Of a stretch of 38,998 nucleotides of DNA, positions 1 to 9,182 are shown piece after piece. Each line of letters opens with the position of its first letter. Position 1 is the stretch's first letter. Under the pieces are notes generated by a model that had not been told where the DNA came from, did not search any database, and saw only the letters and a program-made list of their open reading frames with translations. A program made the translations under genes and the position numbers. Origin of the DNA: a phage; assembly GCA_023343535.1 (NCBI GenBank), contig GCA_023343535.1_3944.1. One strand, given 5' to 3'.

Positions 1-278
1 TGAACATCTACACCATCAAGATTCTGGTAAAGTTCTTTGATGAAGTGGTCTTTTACAATCTGACTGCTAGTTGTTTCCAACTTAATGTTCGAGATTGCTG
101 AACCTACAGCCATATAACCCATGACACGTTTCTTCTCAGTATGCTTAATCTTACCATCTTTGTAAGCCATAATGAGATTGGAAAGAATCTTCACACCATA
201 ATACTTTTCAAGGTGAGTGGGTACGCCATAAAAGCCTAATGCGAAGTTTTCAGAGTGGATAATGTTTTCACGTTTCAT
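1..278 (-). CDS. hypothetical protein, N-terminal part (gene runs off the window edge)
   Basis: ATG at 278-276 on minus strand; reading frame stays open to position 3 (translation starts MKRENIIHSENFALGFYGVPTHLEKYYG...). Not in the ORF track because no stop lies within the window. Confidence 0.45.
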   Translation of the reverse strand, partial: MKRENIIHSENFALGFYGVPTHLEKYYGVKILSNLIMAYKDGKIKHTEKKRVMGYMAVGSAISNIKLETTSSQIVKDHFIKELYQNLDGVDV

Positions 279-279
279 A

Positions 280-579
280 TTAATCTGCCAACCTTAAATT
301 AAAATTAACACCAAATTTTTCACATACTTCCAACATATACTCAAGAGAGACATTCCCAGTGAGGTGGATTATGTTGGATACACGAGCCTGAGAGATACCA
401 CAAATTTTAGCAACTTGCTCTTGAGAAAGACCTCTGGATTTAATCTCTCTCTTAAAACGATGTGCAACGAAGTCTCTCATTTCGTCTACATCCATTGGAC
501 AAATATAACTCTCCATTTCAGCCTCTCTATCAGCCTCCCAATCATCTTGTGGGGCATAAGGGTCAAAAACCTCATTCAT
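280..579 (-). CDS. small acidic protein with C-terminal helix-turn-helix (XRE-like)
   Basis: HTH-like segment LSQEQVAKICGISQARVSNIIHL. ORF track start 609 is TTG; in-frame ATG at 579 preceded by GGAAG. Confidence 0.5.
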   Translation of the reverse strand: MNEVFDPYAPQDDWEADREAEMESYICPMDVDEMRDFVAHRFKREIKSRGLSQEQVAKICGISQARVSNIIHLTGNVSLEYMLEVCEKFGVNFNLRLAD

Positions 580-784
580 CTTTCTTCTTCCGTTTGCGTG
601 AAGTATCAATCAATGAATCTATGTTTGTAGCCCTAACCTTTTCACGTTCATCGTTAAGATAATCGTTAAGAGCCTTTTCAATCTGTGAATCATCTTGACA
701 GATGACTGTAAAGACTGTAAAGCCGTCTGTATCATCAATTATCTTACCATAACCGCTTCTGGGATGTAACTTTTTAAGAGCCAT
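572..784 (-). CDS. hypothetical protein, lysine-rich C-terminus
   Basis: 70-aa ORF with ATG start, tightly packed between neighbouring minus-strand genes. Confidence 0.4.
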   Translation of the reverse strand: MALKKLHPRSGYGKIIDDTDGFTVFTVICQDDSQIEKALNDYLNDEREKVRATNIDSLIDTSRKRKKKDE

Positions 785-785
785 A

Positions 786-1169
786 TCAAATACCTGTGCA
801 GCTTCTGTTTTCTAAGAAATACTCAACACCATACATAGCTTTTTGCATCAAATCTTCTTTAAACTGGATACGGTGGTTGAGCATCGCCTGTACATCAATA
901 TCATCATGGTGCTTCTCTTTAATATTTGCAGATTGCAGGAAATACTCTGCAAGAACACGATACTGGTAGTCAGTCACCTTATCAGTCATCTCTGTCAAAG
1001 ATTCTTCAGAGATTGGTTTAAGTAGCTCACCATTAGCTAGAGCAACACCTTTTACAATCTGGCAAGTATCTTCTGGAACACCTGATAAGTCCACATTTGG
1101 AAGTTCTGTTGCATTGACTGGTAAATTCATTGCCATAACCATTGCAGCAGCTAATAAAATCTTTTTCAT
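786..1169 (-). CDS. secreted/periplasmic protein with N-terminal signal peptide
   Basis: N-terminus MKKILLAAAMVMAMNLPVNA is signal-peptide-like; GAGGT 5 nt upstream of ATG. Confidence 0.5.
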   Translation of the reverse strand: MKKILLAAAMVMAMNLPVNATELPNVDLSGVPEDTCQIVKGVALANGELLKPISEESLTEMTDKVTDYQYRVLAEYFLQSANIKEKHHDDIDVQAMLNHRIQFKEDLMQKAMYGVEYFLENRSCTGI

Positions 1170-1210
1170 AATGACCTCAAAGCTATATTAAATTTTGTAT
1201 TACATTGAGT

Positions 1211-1260
1211 ATAAAAAATAAGCTATAACACCTGACTTGTCAACAGATTTTATAGCTTAT
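1211..1260 (-). terminator. putative intrinsic terminator for leftward transcripts (10-bp perfect inverted repeat, long loop, U-run on minus strand); also carries a TTGACAAG -35-like element
   Basis: ATAAGCTATA (1218-1227) and TATAGCTTAT (1251-1260) are perfect inverted repeats; minus-strand RNA would be followed by UUUUUAU. The 23-nt loop lowers confidence. Confidence 0.3.
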
Positions 1261-1452
1261 CTGGCAGATTTTTTATAAGGCTACTGCCATCCTTCCATAC
1301 CAGACTACACCATGCCAGACCAGACTTCACATCACCTTACCGTGCAATACATGACTTAAAAACCCTTTTAGAAGACTCTTAAGTGATGCTGGTGAGTACC
1401 CGTTGGTTTATGCTGCTCAGTATACTCACCATATTTTCTATGTCAACAACTT

Positions 1453-1599
1453 TTATATAAAAGCCCTGATAGCTATATGTGTTGCAAAACAGAAGATTGT
1501 GAACAAGAAACCCATTGCAAAGGATGTGTTCAAAAGCTTACTTGTGATGTAAGACAACACAAAGATAACTAATGCAAACAGAATGATTGTACTTAACAT
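1453..1599 (-). CDS. candidate small membrane protein (48 aa, two hydrophobic segments)
   Basis: ATG 3 nt after the ligase stop; translation MLSTIILFALVIFVLSYITSKLLNTSFAMGFLFTIFCFATHIAIRAFI. Below the 60-aa ORF-track cutoff; weak Shine-Dalgarno. Confidence 0.3.
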   Translation of the reverse strand: MLSTIILFALVIFVLSYITSKLLNTSFAMGFLFTIFCFATHIAIRAFI

Positions 1600-1602
1600 A
1601 GT

Positions 1603-2703
1603 TTACTCATAATCCCTAATAACTAGCCCGACAGGGAACTGTAAAGAACCCTTACGAGTCATCTTCTGGAACTGAACCGTCAAAGGTTTCCCGATAAACT
1701 CTTCAGGATGCTCAGCAAGATACTGTTTCTTCTCATGAGTGGTCTTCCATGAGACATCTACAAAGACGTTAGGAAGGGTCTCTACAACGAACTTACCATG
1801 CCCACGTTTATCAGTCTTTACACCAGTCACTTTAAACTCTTCAGTGTGCATCTTCTTGTGCTTAATCAAGAAGTATGAACGGTGACAACACTCATAGAGG
1901 GAGTCTTCAGAGATTGAACGGTACATTGCACCTTCAAACTTAGCTTCAACCCACTTATCATGAGCTTCATCAAACTCTTCCCAAGAATTTACACGGATAG
2001 TCTGCACAGGAACAACTCTACAGGTATCCCCAAGCTCAACAATAGGTGAGTTATCAATAACTTCACGACGCTCAGGCCAAGATTTTGAATTGTCACAGAT
2101 ATCATACCAGTAGAATTTAAGAAGGTGACGGTCTGGATTGTCAGCATTCTTAATCATAGATACAATATCTTCTAAGTCCCAACCATGAGCATAAATCTCA
2201 CCATCAAAGTCTTCAACTTGTGGATGTAATTTAAGCAACAAAAGCAAATCTGGGATTAGTTCTGCTGGAACGTTGTAAACAGTATTCTCACGAGAATAAG
2301 CCGTGAAGCTAACTGAATCAGCATCTCTTGAAATTCTACAACGTACACCATCCAGTTTTGGTTGAGCATCAGCAGGGAACTTCAGATACTTTGCATGGCT
2401 AACCTTTGCAGCATCATGAGCAAGCTGTACACCTACCTTCTCAGTATTCTGTGCAGACTCTTTTGTGTAAGCATAACCTTTACGGTCAACTTGCTTTTTA
2501 TACTTAGCAGCAACTTCAAAGAGAGCTTGCTGTTCAGCATTACGCTCATTCTTTTTACCGATGTTTTTAGGTTCTGCTGTATACTCTTCAAACATCATTT
2601 TGCCATTTTCTTTACCATAGGTTGTAATAACTTTGTCACCTACAGCAACGCATGACCAGACGTTGAAGGAACCATCTTTATTTTGTTTGTACAGAATTGT
2701 CAT
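1603..2703 (-). CDS. ATP-dependent DNA ligase (T7-ligase-like)
   Basis: Adenylation motif KLDGVRCRI (KxDG) near the N-terminus; size about 366 aa. ATG at 2703 preceded by GAGGT; ORF-track start 2739 is also ATG but lacks a Shine-Dalgarno sequence. Confidence 0.8.
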   Translation of the reverse strand: MTILYKQNKDGSFNVWSCVAVGDKVITTYGKENGKMMFEEYTAEPKNIGKKNERNAEQQALFEVAAKYKKQVDRKGYAYTKESAQNTEKVGVQLAHDAAKVSHAKYLKFPADAQPKLDGVRCRISRDADSVSFTAYSRENTVYNVPAELIPDLLLLLKLHPQVEDFDGEIYAHGWDLEDIVSMIKNADNPDRHLLKFYWYDICDNSKSWPERREVIDNSPIVELGDTCRVVPVQTIRVNSWEEFDEAHDKWVEAKFEGAMYRSISEDSLYECCHRSYFLIKHKKMHTEEFKVTGVKTDKRGHGKFVVETLPNVFVDVSWKTTHEKKQYLAEHPEEFIGKPLTVQFQKMTRKGSLQFPVGLVIRDYE

Positions 2704-2896
2704 TTTTAACCTCTGAGTGATACCAAGTATTGCAAGCATTACATGCGTAAAGCTCTAAGTCATTTTTATCTGGTTTATGGAAACAGTTTGACCCACAACG
2801 ACACCGGAATAGTTTACCATCAACACGAAGAATGAATGTTTCAAGCTCACCATCTTCTGTAAGAACTGCGTTCTTAAATTTATCTTCTACAGTCAT
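2678..2896 (-). CDS. small zinc-ribbon protein
   Basis: Paired Cys motifs CRCGSNC ... CNACNTW; ATGA overlap with the upstream gene. Confidence 0.45.
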   Translation of the reverse strand: MTVEDKFKNAVLTEDGELETFILRVDGKLFRCRCGSNCFHKPDKNDLELYACNACNTWYHSEVKNDNSVQTK

Positions 2897-3150
2897 TTTC
2901 TCTTACCGCCAATCTCTACGTCAATAACTTGAACATTACCAGCAACATCAAACTTATGAATGATGCTTTCCACAGTGTAAATCCAACCATCAATGCGAAC
3001 CAGCTCACCTTCTCGTGGAACTATTGGATTACGTTGAGCTACGGTTGTAGTGGAGTGAACAACATCATAACAGTAGATGTAGTTTACTAGGACTTCCATC
3101 GTGAAAACCTCACTCAATAACCGTAGTATGTGATTCCCCATTTTTGCCAT
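2893..3150 (-). CDS. hypothetical protein (start uncertain)
   Basis: ORF-track start 3198 is TTG and overlaps the lipoprotein gene by 89 nt; in-frame ATGs at 3150, 3141 and 3099, none with a convincing Shine-Dalgarno sequence. Confidence 0.3.
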   Translation of the reverse strand: MAKMGNHILRLLSEVFTMEVLVNYIYCYDVVHSTTTVAQRNPIVPREGELVRIDGWIYTVESIIHKFDVAGNVQVIDVEIGGKRK

Positions 3151-3367
3151 AGCTGTAAGATGTTGTTGTTTGAGAGTTTGGGCATCTGACAACAACAATA
3201 TCTCTGCTTATAGCATCACCATGTAACTTGTATACTCTGCAATCTTGCATCTCTGGTGGGAGGCTGTAAGAAGCATTTTTATCTTCATAAGAGGGGTTGC
3301 AGCCAGATAGAAAAATTACTCCAAGTGCAACCATTGCTTTCACACAACTCTTAACCTTATTGTTCAC
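3110..3367 (-). CDS. small lipoprotein (signal peptide with LSGC lipobox)
   Basis: N-terminus MNNKVKSCVKAMVALGVIFLSGC: positively charged n-region, hydrophobic core, lipobox Cys. Start is GTG. Confidence 0.5.
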   Translation of the reverse strand: MNNKVKSCVKAMVALGVIFLSGCNPSYEDKNASYSLPPEMQDCRVYKLHGDAISRDIVVVRCPNSQTTTSYSYGKNGESHTTVIE

Positions 3368-3503
3368 GATAGTCTACCTCTCTGTATGTTTTTAAATAGT
3401 GAGTGATGAGTTCTGGTAATTCACTACGTTTAACGTTTGAACGAAGAAGTGTCCAGTCAAAACCTTTACCAACCCTTCCCCAGAGACTGTACATTTTCTT
3501 CAT
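3357..3503 (-). CDS. candidate small protein (48 aa)
   Basis: ATG overlapping the stop of the upstream gene (ATGA); translation MKKMYSLWGRVGKGFDWTLLRSNVKRSELPELITHYLKTYREVDYREQ. Below the ORF-track cutoff. Confidence 0.25.
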   Translation of the reverse strand: MKKMYSLWGRVGKGFDWTLLRSNVKRSELPELITHYLKTYREVDYREQ

Positions 3504-3718
3504 AGCAACTCCAGAATATCAATACGTTCACCCTTAAGAACACCTGTACGGTCTCTTGCAATCTTACCATCAACGATAAGGATATGCGCGACCTTTAAAG
3601 AGTCACCATTAAAACCTTTTACGAACTTGCTAGGCATCACTACAATGGACATCTCCTGAATCAACTCTGGAGTATAGCAATTGTCGTGAAGTTGCTGAAT
3701 AACGTCTGCAAGTGTCAT
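3500..3718 (-). CDS. hypothetical protein
   Basis: ORF-track start 3733 is TTG; ATG at 3718 forms an ATGA overlap with the upstream stop. Confidence 0.45.
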   Translation of the reverse strand: MTLADVIQQLHDNCYTPELIQEMSIVVMPSKFVKGFNGDSLKVAHILIVDGKIARDRTGVLKGERIDILELL

Positions 3719-3924
3719 TTTTGATGTCTCCAATACTCAATATCAATAAGTTCTTGTGCAATACTTTTCAGATTACCTTTCAAGAAAACCTTCTCAGAAC
3801 CTGAAAGAGATGAATTGTCAATTAACCTGTTCATTCTCTCAAACAACTTCTGCTTACGGTTCTTGATAGTTTCCTTTGAAGCACCTTTCATCATCGCTGC
3901 ATGGGTTCTTCCACGGTGGCTCAT
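3715..3924 (-). CDS. hypothetical basic protein
   Basis: ORF-track start 3972 is GTG; ATG at 3924 is preceded by GGAGGG at 4-nt spacing. Confidence 0.45.
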   Translation of the reverse strand: MSHRGRTHAAMMKGASKETIKNRKQKLFERMNRLIDNSSLSGSEKVFLKGNLKSIAQELIDIEYWRHQK

Positions 3925-3986
3925 AAGCCCTCCTATACAAGAATATAGTATAAGGTACTCTTCCCTGAGCACCTTGTCAATACTAA

Positions 3987-6686
3987 TTAGTGTACTTCAA
4001 GCCAGCTTTTACCAACCTTACCAGTACCTGTAACAAGTGTTTCTTTCTTAAGACCTAAGTTCTTAGAAGCTTGTCCATAATACCAGTCAGTAACTGCTTT
4101 CACCTCTGCCGTCATACTTTCTGGACATTCCCAACTCGTCTCGTCATGATATGCGCAGAGTAAACGAGCACCAATAGCTGGTTTACGCCCATTTAACTTC
4201 ATCAATCCTTCGTCAATCATACGACGACAAGCAAGGTTAATTGCCTCATTTTGAATCTGAGCCTCTGAACCCATGAGCAAATAATTCAATAACTTATGTG
4301 GAGATTTACACCACAACCAAGCTCCAGCAACCTTTACAAAACCCCCTTTAGAGATTGCAGCAGTCTTACCAAACACCTCTTCAAGTACCTTTTTAGTTGC
4401 TTTGTAGTCAGCTTCCAAGTCATCTAGCAGCTTTTTAATTTTAGGCAAACGGATAAAGTAAGTCTGTTTAGTCAGCGCACCTTCCTGAGTAGTTGCAGCC
4501 TTAATCGTCTTAGCAAACTTCTCATCACCTGCACCGAACAGCAGTGCATAGATACCATTCTTAGCTTTCTTACGACCCTTACTAATCTCATGGAGGAGAT
4601 TCTCATCCTGAGTGGCTCGACAAGTCAAGATATCCTGCTCATCATTCAAGCTAAAGTAAATACTGTTCAATGTATGTGCATCAGTCCCTGAATAGACAAC
4701 GTACAGGTCATTCTCAGAGTCATAGCGAAGGTACTTGTCAATCTCTGGGTTGAGGTACTCATCAAAGTGTTTGCAGTAATAGCGTCCATCTTCTTGACGA
4801 ATGAACTCAATCTCTTCTTTACCTTGCGTTACCGCTTTGGTGAAGTCTTTATCACCCATAAAGTTACAAAGCAGAACTAGCTGGGCTGAGTTCATATCGA
4901 CAGAGACAACGTTAGTACCTTCCTCACAAATCCACACTGCCCTCATTGGTTCCCCATAGACAGCAGCACCAGACGGTACGTTTACAATACCATACTGTGT
5001 CATACGTCCAGTTGAAGTACCAAACACCATTGCACCAGCACTAAGGCGACCATCAGGACGAATCTGGTTCAACCAACCTTTCTCATCATCCTTTGAGTTC
5101 TCAATAGTTCTGCGTCGGTGCATCAAAGTGTAGTATTTCGCAATCTTCTGTCCAAGCTCACCTTCAATCGTATCATAAGATGATTCAGTAAGTTTTGGCG
5201 AAGTACGGATTAAGCAAGGCTCAAGCAAATCTGTGTACTTCTTCACAGACCAGTTATGCTCAATGTACTGTACACCTTCATGTTCAACATAACTCAAACC
5301 ACACCGCTCAACCATTTCCTGCCACTTAGGATGCTTTGTAATCATCTTTTTGTTGTCTTTGAAACGACAAACTTTGACAGGGCGACCATCTGAGTCTTTC
5401 TTGTAGTTCCAGTCATCTGGAATCCAACCAACTGATTTCAAGTAGTCTTTAACAACTGCTACCTGAGTCATACGAGAAACTTCAAACTCAATTGGTGTAT
5501 ACGGTGCATCAATCAAACCTGTGTAGCGACTTGACTCAAGTTCAAAGTGATTGACAACGTGACTGTTATAGTACTTCACAGTCTTGACTGTTTTTACTGG
5601 TTTCCAGTCTTTGCATTTTTTGCCAATCTTTGCATTCAACTCGTTGCAGATTGCACGAGCATCCTTCATCGCTACAAAACCCTCTTTGTACTCTTCACCA
5701 GTTACAGAGTTGGTTGGTGTATAGCAATTTCTCTTTTCAATATTAAAAATCTTTGTAGTTGGCTTACCAAATGGTTTGATTTCGTATGTCTGCATCTCGC
5801 CATTACGTACCTGCTGACGATACTTTGTCTTAGGGTACTTGGTAATTCTTTTCAGTCCATCTGCATGACCAAATGTTTCAACATACTCATTCCAAGCTTT
5901 TGCAAACTCTTCTCCAGTGACTTTACCTTTGGTCTTAATAGTTGGAGGTAGGTGTGGTTCAACCTCTGAAGCAAGCTCATTAGTCAACTTGTCAAGTTCC
6001 TTTACATGGAACTCCATAAGCTCTTTATCAGCTTTCCAGCCATTGATAGCTTGTTGACTCATCCAGAAAGATGTTTCTTTAGCTCGCATGTAAGTCTCAT
6101 AAGTGTCTATACCACACTTCTTAAGCTTGAGATACTCGTTATCAAGTGCCCGTTTAGTTTTGGCGTTAATACGGATATCTTCTACAACACGAGTGAAGAT
6201 TTCTGCATTCCACACACCCCAATGCTCAATCTCTGGTTTACGAACACCAACACGAGCACCCCATGCAGCCAAACCATGAGCACCTTTATAACCCTTCGGA
6301 GTTGGTCTATCCATCCACTGAACACGAGACTGGATAAGAGAATCCTGAAAGAAATTACTCCACGGCTTACATTTTGGATTATCAAAGTTCCATAAATCCG
6401 GTGCAATGTGATTGAAAACCCACCAGTCATAACCGAGACCGTTGTGGATGCAAAGACGTTTTGCCTTTAACGCAAACTCAATACCTTCACGTAAGCCACC
6501 CTTAATGTACTTGGTATACTTGTGACCGAGGATAGGTTCATCTGTAAAGACCCATACAGGTGGCTCTTCATCGTCAGATTTATAGTCTGCGAAAGCCATT
6601 ACGTGCACTTTAGTGAACTCAAGGAGTAAACCATCAGTTTCTGTATCACCAACCAAATGTAAGTTTTTAAAATCTACGTTTTCCAT
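3987..6686 (-). CDS. DNA polymerase, family A, with 3'-5' exonuclease domain
   Basis: Exo I LVGDTETDGL; Pol A motif A VSVDMNSAQLVLL; motif B RKKAKNGIYALLFGAG; motif C YHDE. ATG at 6686 preceded by GGGAG; ORF-track start 6716 lacks a Shine-Dalgarno sequence. Confidence 0.9.
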   Translation of the reverse strand: MENVDFKNLHLVGDTETDGLLLEFTKVHVMAFADYKSDDEEPPVWVFTDEPILGHKYTKYIKGGLREGIEFALKAKRLCIHNGLGYDWWVFNHIAPDLWNFDNPKCKPWSNFFQDSLIQSRVQWMDRPTPKGYKGAHGLAAWGARVGVRKPEIEHWGVWNAEIFTRVVEDIRINAKTKRALDNEYLKLKKCGIDTYETYMRAKETSFWMSQQAINGWKADKELMEFHVKELDKLTNELASEVEPHLPPTIKTKGKVTGEEFAKAWNEYVETFGHADGLKRITKYPKTKYRQQVRNGEMQTYEIKPFGKPTTKIFNIEKRNCYTPTNSVTGEEYKEGFVAMKDARAICNELNAKIGKKCKDWKPVKTVKTVKYYNSHVVNHFELESSRYTGLIDAPYTPIEFEVSRMTQVAVVKDYLKSVGWIPDDWNYKKDSDGRPVKVCRFKDNKKMITKHPKWQEMVERCGLSYVEHEGVQYIEHNWSVKKYTDLLEPCLIRTSPKLTESSYDTIEGELGQKIAKYYTLMHRRRTIENSKDDEKGWLNQIRPDGRLSAGAMVFGTSTGRMTQYGIVNVPSGAAVYGEPMRAVWICEEGTNVVSVDMNSAQLVLLCNFMGDKDFTKAVTQGKEEIEFIRQEDGRYYCKHFDEYLNPEIDKYLRYDSENDLYVVYSGTDAHTLNSIYFSLNDEQDILTCRATQDENLLHEISKGRKKAKNGIYALLFGAGDEKFAKTIKAATTQEGALTKQTYFIRLPKIKKLLDDLEADYKATKKVLEEVFGKTAAISKGGFVKVAGAWLWCKSPHKLLNYLLMGSEAQIQNEAINLACRRMIDEGLMKLNGRKPAIGARLLCAYHDETSWECPESMTAEVKAVTDWYYGQASKNLGLKKETLVTGTGKVGKSWLEVH

Positions 6687-6943
6687 TTTTACTCCCTCTA
6701 AAATCATTAACCTCATACATTACTGCAAAAAATTATAAAAAGCAAGTTGACAATGCACTTGACAAGGTGTTAATCTTTGCGAAGTGGGTTTTTACTTAAA
6801 AGGTTACTTAACAGTTTAACTATACAGAGACTTTAAAACTCTTAAAAGATTATTTAATAGCTTTTAAAAAGCTTTAAAGTATAACGTATAGAATACGTTA
6901 AGATAAAAGATTAAAACTTAATAGTTACTTAAAAGAGGCTTAC

Positions 6944-7366
6944 ATGCAGAAAATGTTTGTTCACCCAGACATAGCTGACTTTGTTAGAGCTTTGCAGAAG
7001 TTGGAAGAACTTGACATTGCTGCTCAACGGGAATATGCTCACCATCACAGGAGAATGGTTGATATACAACATGAAATAGAGTTATCTGAAAACTATGAAG
7101 ATGACTTAAAATGCTCTGTGTTTGAGCATATGAAAGATGTTGCTACAGCGAGACGTAAAGCTAAAGACACAGTTGCTTTACTAGATTCTCTTAAAAAGAG
7201 GTTGCAAAGTGGTACAGACCTGTGTAATCTAGCATCACTGATTAACGATGTTGAAACTTCTTGGGATAGGCACTATTATCCACGTTCTGAAAAGACACTT
7301 GACTTTTCTTCATCAGAAAACTTAAAATGTTCTAGAAAGAAACTTAACCAACTGAGAGAGAAATAA
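6944..7366 (+). CDS. hypothetical protein
   Basis: First gene of the rightward block; AGAGG Shine-Dalgarno; no recognisable motif. Confidence 0.5.
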   Translation: MQKMFVHPDIADFVRALQKLEELDIAAQREYAHHHRRMVDIQHEIELSENYEDDLKCSVFEHMKDVATARRKAKDTVALLDSLKKRLQSGTDLCNLASLINDVETSWDRHYYPRSEKTLDFSSSENLKCSRKKLNQLREK

Positions 7367-7367
7367 T

Positions 7368-8168
7368 ATGAATATCGATGTAGAAAAGATGCTTGAAGAA
7401 AAAGGTATTGACGAAGCATTTTTAATCAATGCCGTAGAAAGTATGGCTATGATTCTTCGTGGGAACAACTACACAGAACAGTTTATGCCTTCAAGCTATA
7501 ACTTGCCTGAAGACAAGTCTGATAACGGTGCTTTTGCAGAACAGGTTAACATGATGTTGACAGACACTACACTTGCTCTGGCATCTATTGCGGTTGGTGT
7601 TGATGCACTTGCTGAGTTCATCTTTTATGAAATGCAAAAGAATGACTATATCAGGATGTCAGACGAAGATAAGGAACTGTTGCTGACTAAGGACACTGAT
7701 TTCATTATTGATACGCTTATCTCATCAACAAGTGCTGTTATGGCTGCTCTTGAGAAGCGTATGGAAGAGAAACTTTCACGATATGAAAAACTTGATTGGG
7801 GCGTAGAAGAACTAAACCCACGAATCAAGGAGATTATCCAGCAAACTAAAGAGTCTTTGGAAGAAGCTGTTGAAAATGACTCTGTAGCTGATATAGAACC
7901 ACTTCAGGTGAAAGTTGCACTGATGATTCCAGCTATCTCTACGATGATGAATATCGTTGCACTAATCCAACTTTCACAGATGATGGGTATGAGTATTGAG
8001 TTCATTGAGGAGATGACTGGCGGTGTCAGTATGCAAGCAATCAATGATGTTTTGGTGAACATTGGTGCTTCAATCATTGAAGAGAAACTACGCATTAACT
8101 TCGGTGATGATTTTGTTAAGCAACTCTCAGCTATGGCTGAAAAAGAGTCTGCTGAGCAACTGCACTAA
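7368..8168 (+). CDS. hypothetical protein
   Basis: 266-aa ORF followed by intrinsic terminator 8187-8210. Confidence 0.5.
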   Translation: MNIDVEKMLEEKGIDEAFLINAVESMAMILRGNNYTEQFMPSSYNLPEDKSDNGAFAEQVNMMLTDTTLALASIAVGVDALAEFIFYEMQKNDYIRMSDEDKELLLTKDTDFIIDTLISSTSAVMAALEKRMEEKLSRYEKLDWGVEELNPRIKEIIQQTKESLEEAVENDSVADIEPLQVKVALMIPAISTMMNIVALIQLSQMMGMSIEFIEEMTGGVSMQAINDVLVNIGASIIEEKLRINFGDDFVKQLSAMAEKESAEQLH

Positions 8169-8186
8169 ATCTTTATAAATCTTACA

Positions 8187-8210
8187 AGCCTCCTTAGTTG
8201 GGGGCTTTTT
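8187..8210 (+). terminator. intrinsic terminator
   Basis: AGCCTCC / GGGGGCT stem (one G-U pair), 6-nt loop, TTTTT. Confidence 0.5.
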
Positions 8211-8229
8211 AGTAATTAAGGGAGATAAA

Positions 8230-8973
8230 ATGAGTAATATTATCGCATTTACTGGAAAGGCACGTTCTGGAAAAGACACCTCATGCTCTATTGTGAAGAA
8301 CATCTTAGAGGATGAGTACGGCTACAATGTTGCAGTGATGGCCTATGCAGACAACCTTAAGCTATCTGCATCAAGGATATTTGACCTAACTTGGAATGAC
8401 CTGTATGGTGAAACTAAAGAGACTCCACAGGTTTTTGACTTATCATATCCTGAACTAATGGTCAAAGTTACTGAAGCTATGGAGTTCACCTTTGAAGGTG
8501 AACGTTACCATATGGATTTTAAGCTTATGTCAGAGTTAACCGGACGATTAATCATGGAGCTTAAGAAGGTTGCTAAACCGACTCTATTAACACGTCTGGG
8601 ATTTAGCAAAAAGTATAGATTCTCATCAAGGCAAATTCAACAGATTTGGGGCACTGAAGTTATCCGTAAAGTTATGGGTGACAAGTTCTGGTCTAAAGAC
8701 CTCGAAAAACGAATGGTAAATTTCTTTGATGTTTGCTCACTTAGAAATCAAGAAGGTGTTGTTTTAATCAGTGATTTAAGATTTGACTCTGAAGCTGAGT
8801 GGCTGAGTAGATTTGCACACCAAACTATTGAAGTAAAAAGAGACAATGTGGACAAAGTTTCATCACATGTTTCAGAAAATGGCATTTCTACAAAATATGA
8901 GCGTGACATTATTCATAATAATGGTACTCTTGAAGACCTTGAGAGCAAACTAAGAGCTATCCTGAAGATTTAA
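8230..8973 (+). CDS. deoxynucleoside monophosphate kinase-like P-loop protein
   Basis: N-terminal IIAFTGKARSGKDTS resembles the phage dNMP kinase P-loop (xxSGxKRSGKDT); AGGGAG Shine-Dalgarno. Confidence 0.6.
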   Translation: MSNIIAFTGKARSGKDTSCSIVKNILEDEYGYNVAVMAYADNLKLSASRIFDLTWNDLYGETKETPQVFDLSYPELMVKVTEAMEFTFEGERYHMDFKLMSELTGRLIMELKKVAKPTLLTRLGFSKKYRFSSRQIQQIWGTEVIRKVMGDKFWSKDLEKRMVNFFDVCSLRNQEGVVLISDLRFDSEAEWLSRFAHQTIEVKRDNVDKVSSHVSENGISTKYERDIIHNNGTLEDLESKLRAILKI

Positions 8974-8981
8974 AAGAGAGA

Positions 8982-9182
8982 ATGAAGATGAGAGTAAAAG
9001 ACAATTTTAAAGTTATTGACCACCGTTTAGTGGAACTCTCATCTCTTTCCAATGAGGTAATGATTGAACGTCTTAAGAGAGTTGAATCACGAAGGAAAGA
9101 GATTGCAGATGAAATTCATGAACTGGACAAGATTGAAAATGGATTGAAGGCAGAACTACAACGAAGAGGTGCTAATGTCTAA
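8982..9182 (+). CDS. small coiled-coil protein
   Basis: 66-aa charged ORF overlapping the primase-helicase start by 8 nt. Confidence 0.4.
   Translation: MKMRVKDNFKVIDHRLVELSSLSNEVMIERLKRVESRRKEIADEIHELDKIENGLKAELQRRGANV

Noticed and set aside
1170-1602. tRNA genes in the longer non-coding stretches (1170-1602, 6687-6943, 37555-38062)
   Set aside because: No segment showed acceptor-stem/T-arm (GTTCRANYC-like) architecture by eye; the inverted repeats present are better explained as terminators or operators. tRNAscan-SE on the window would be the decisive check.
5547-6430. Plus-strand ORFs 5547-5951 and 6006-6395 and minus-strand ORF 6182-6430
   Set aside because: All are embedded in the family-A DNA polymerase gene, whose frame carries the conserved polymerase motifs; low-complexity hydrophobic translations typical of off-frame reading.
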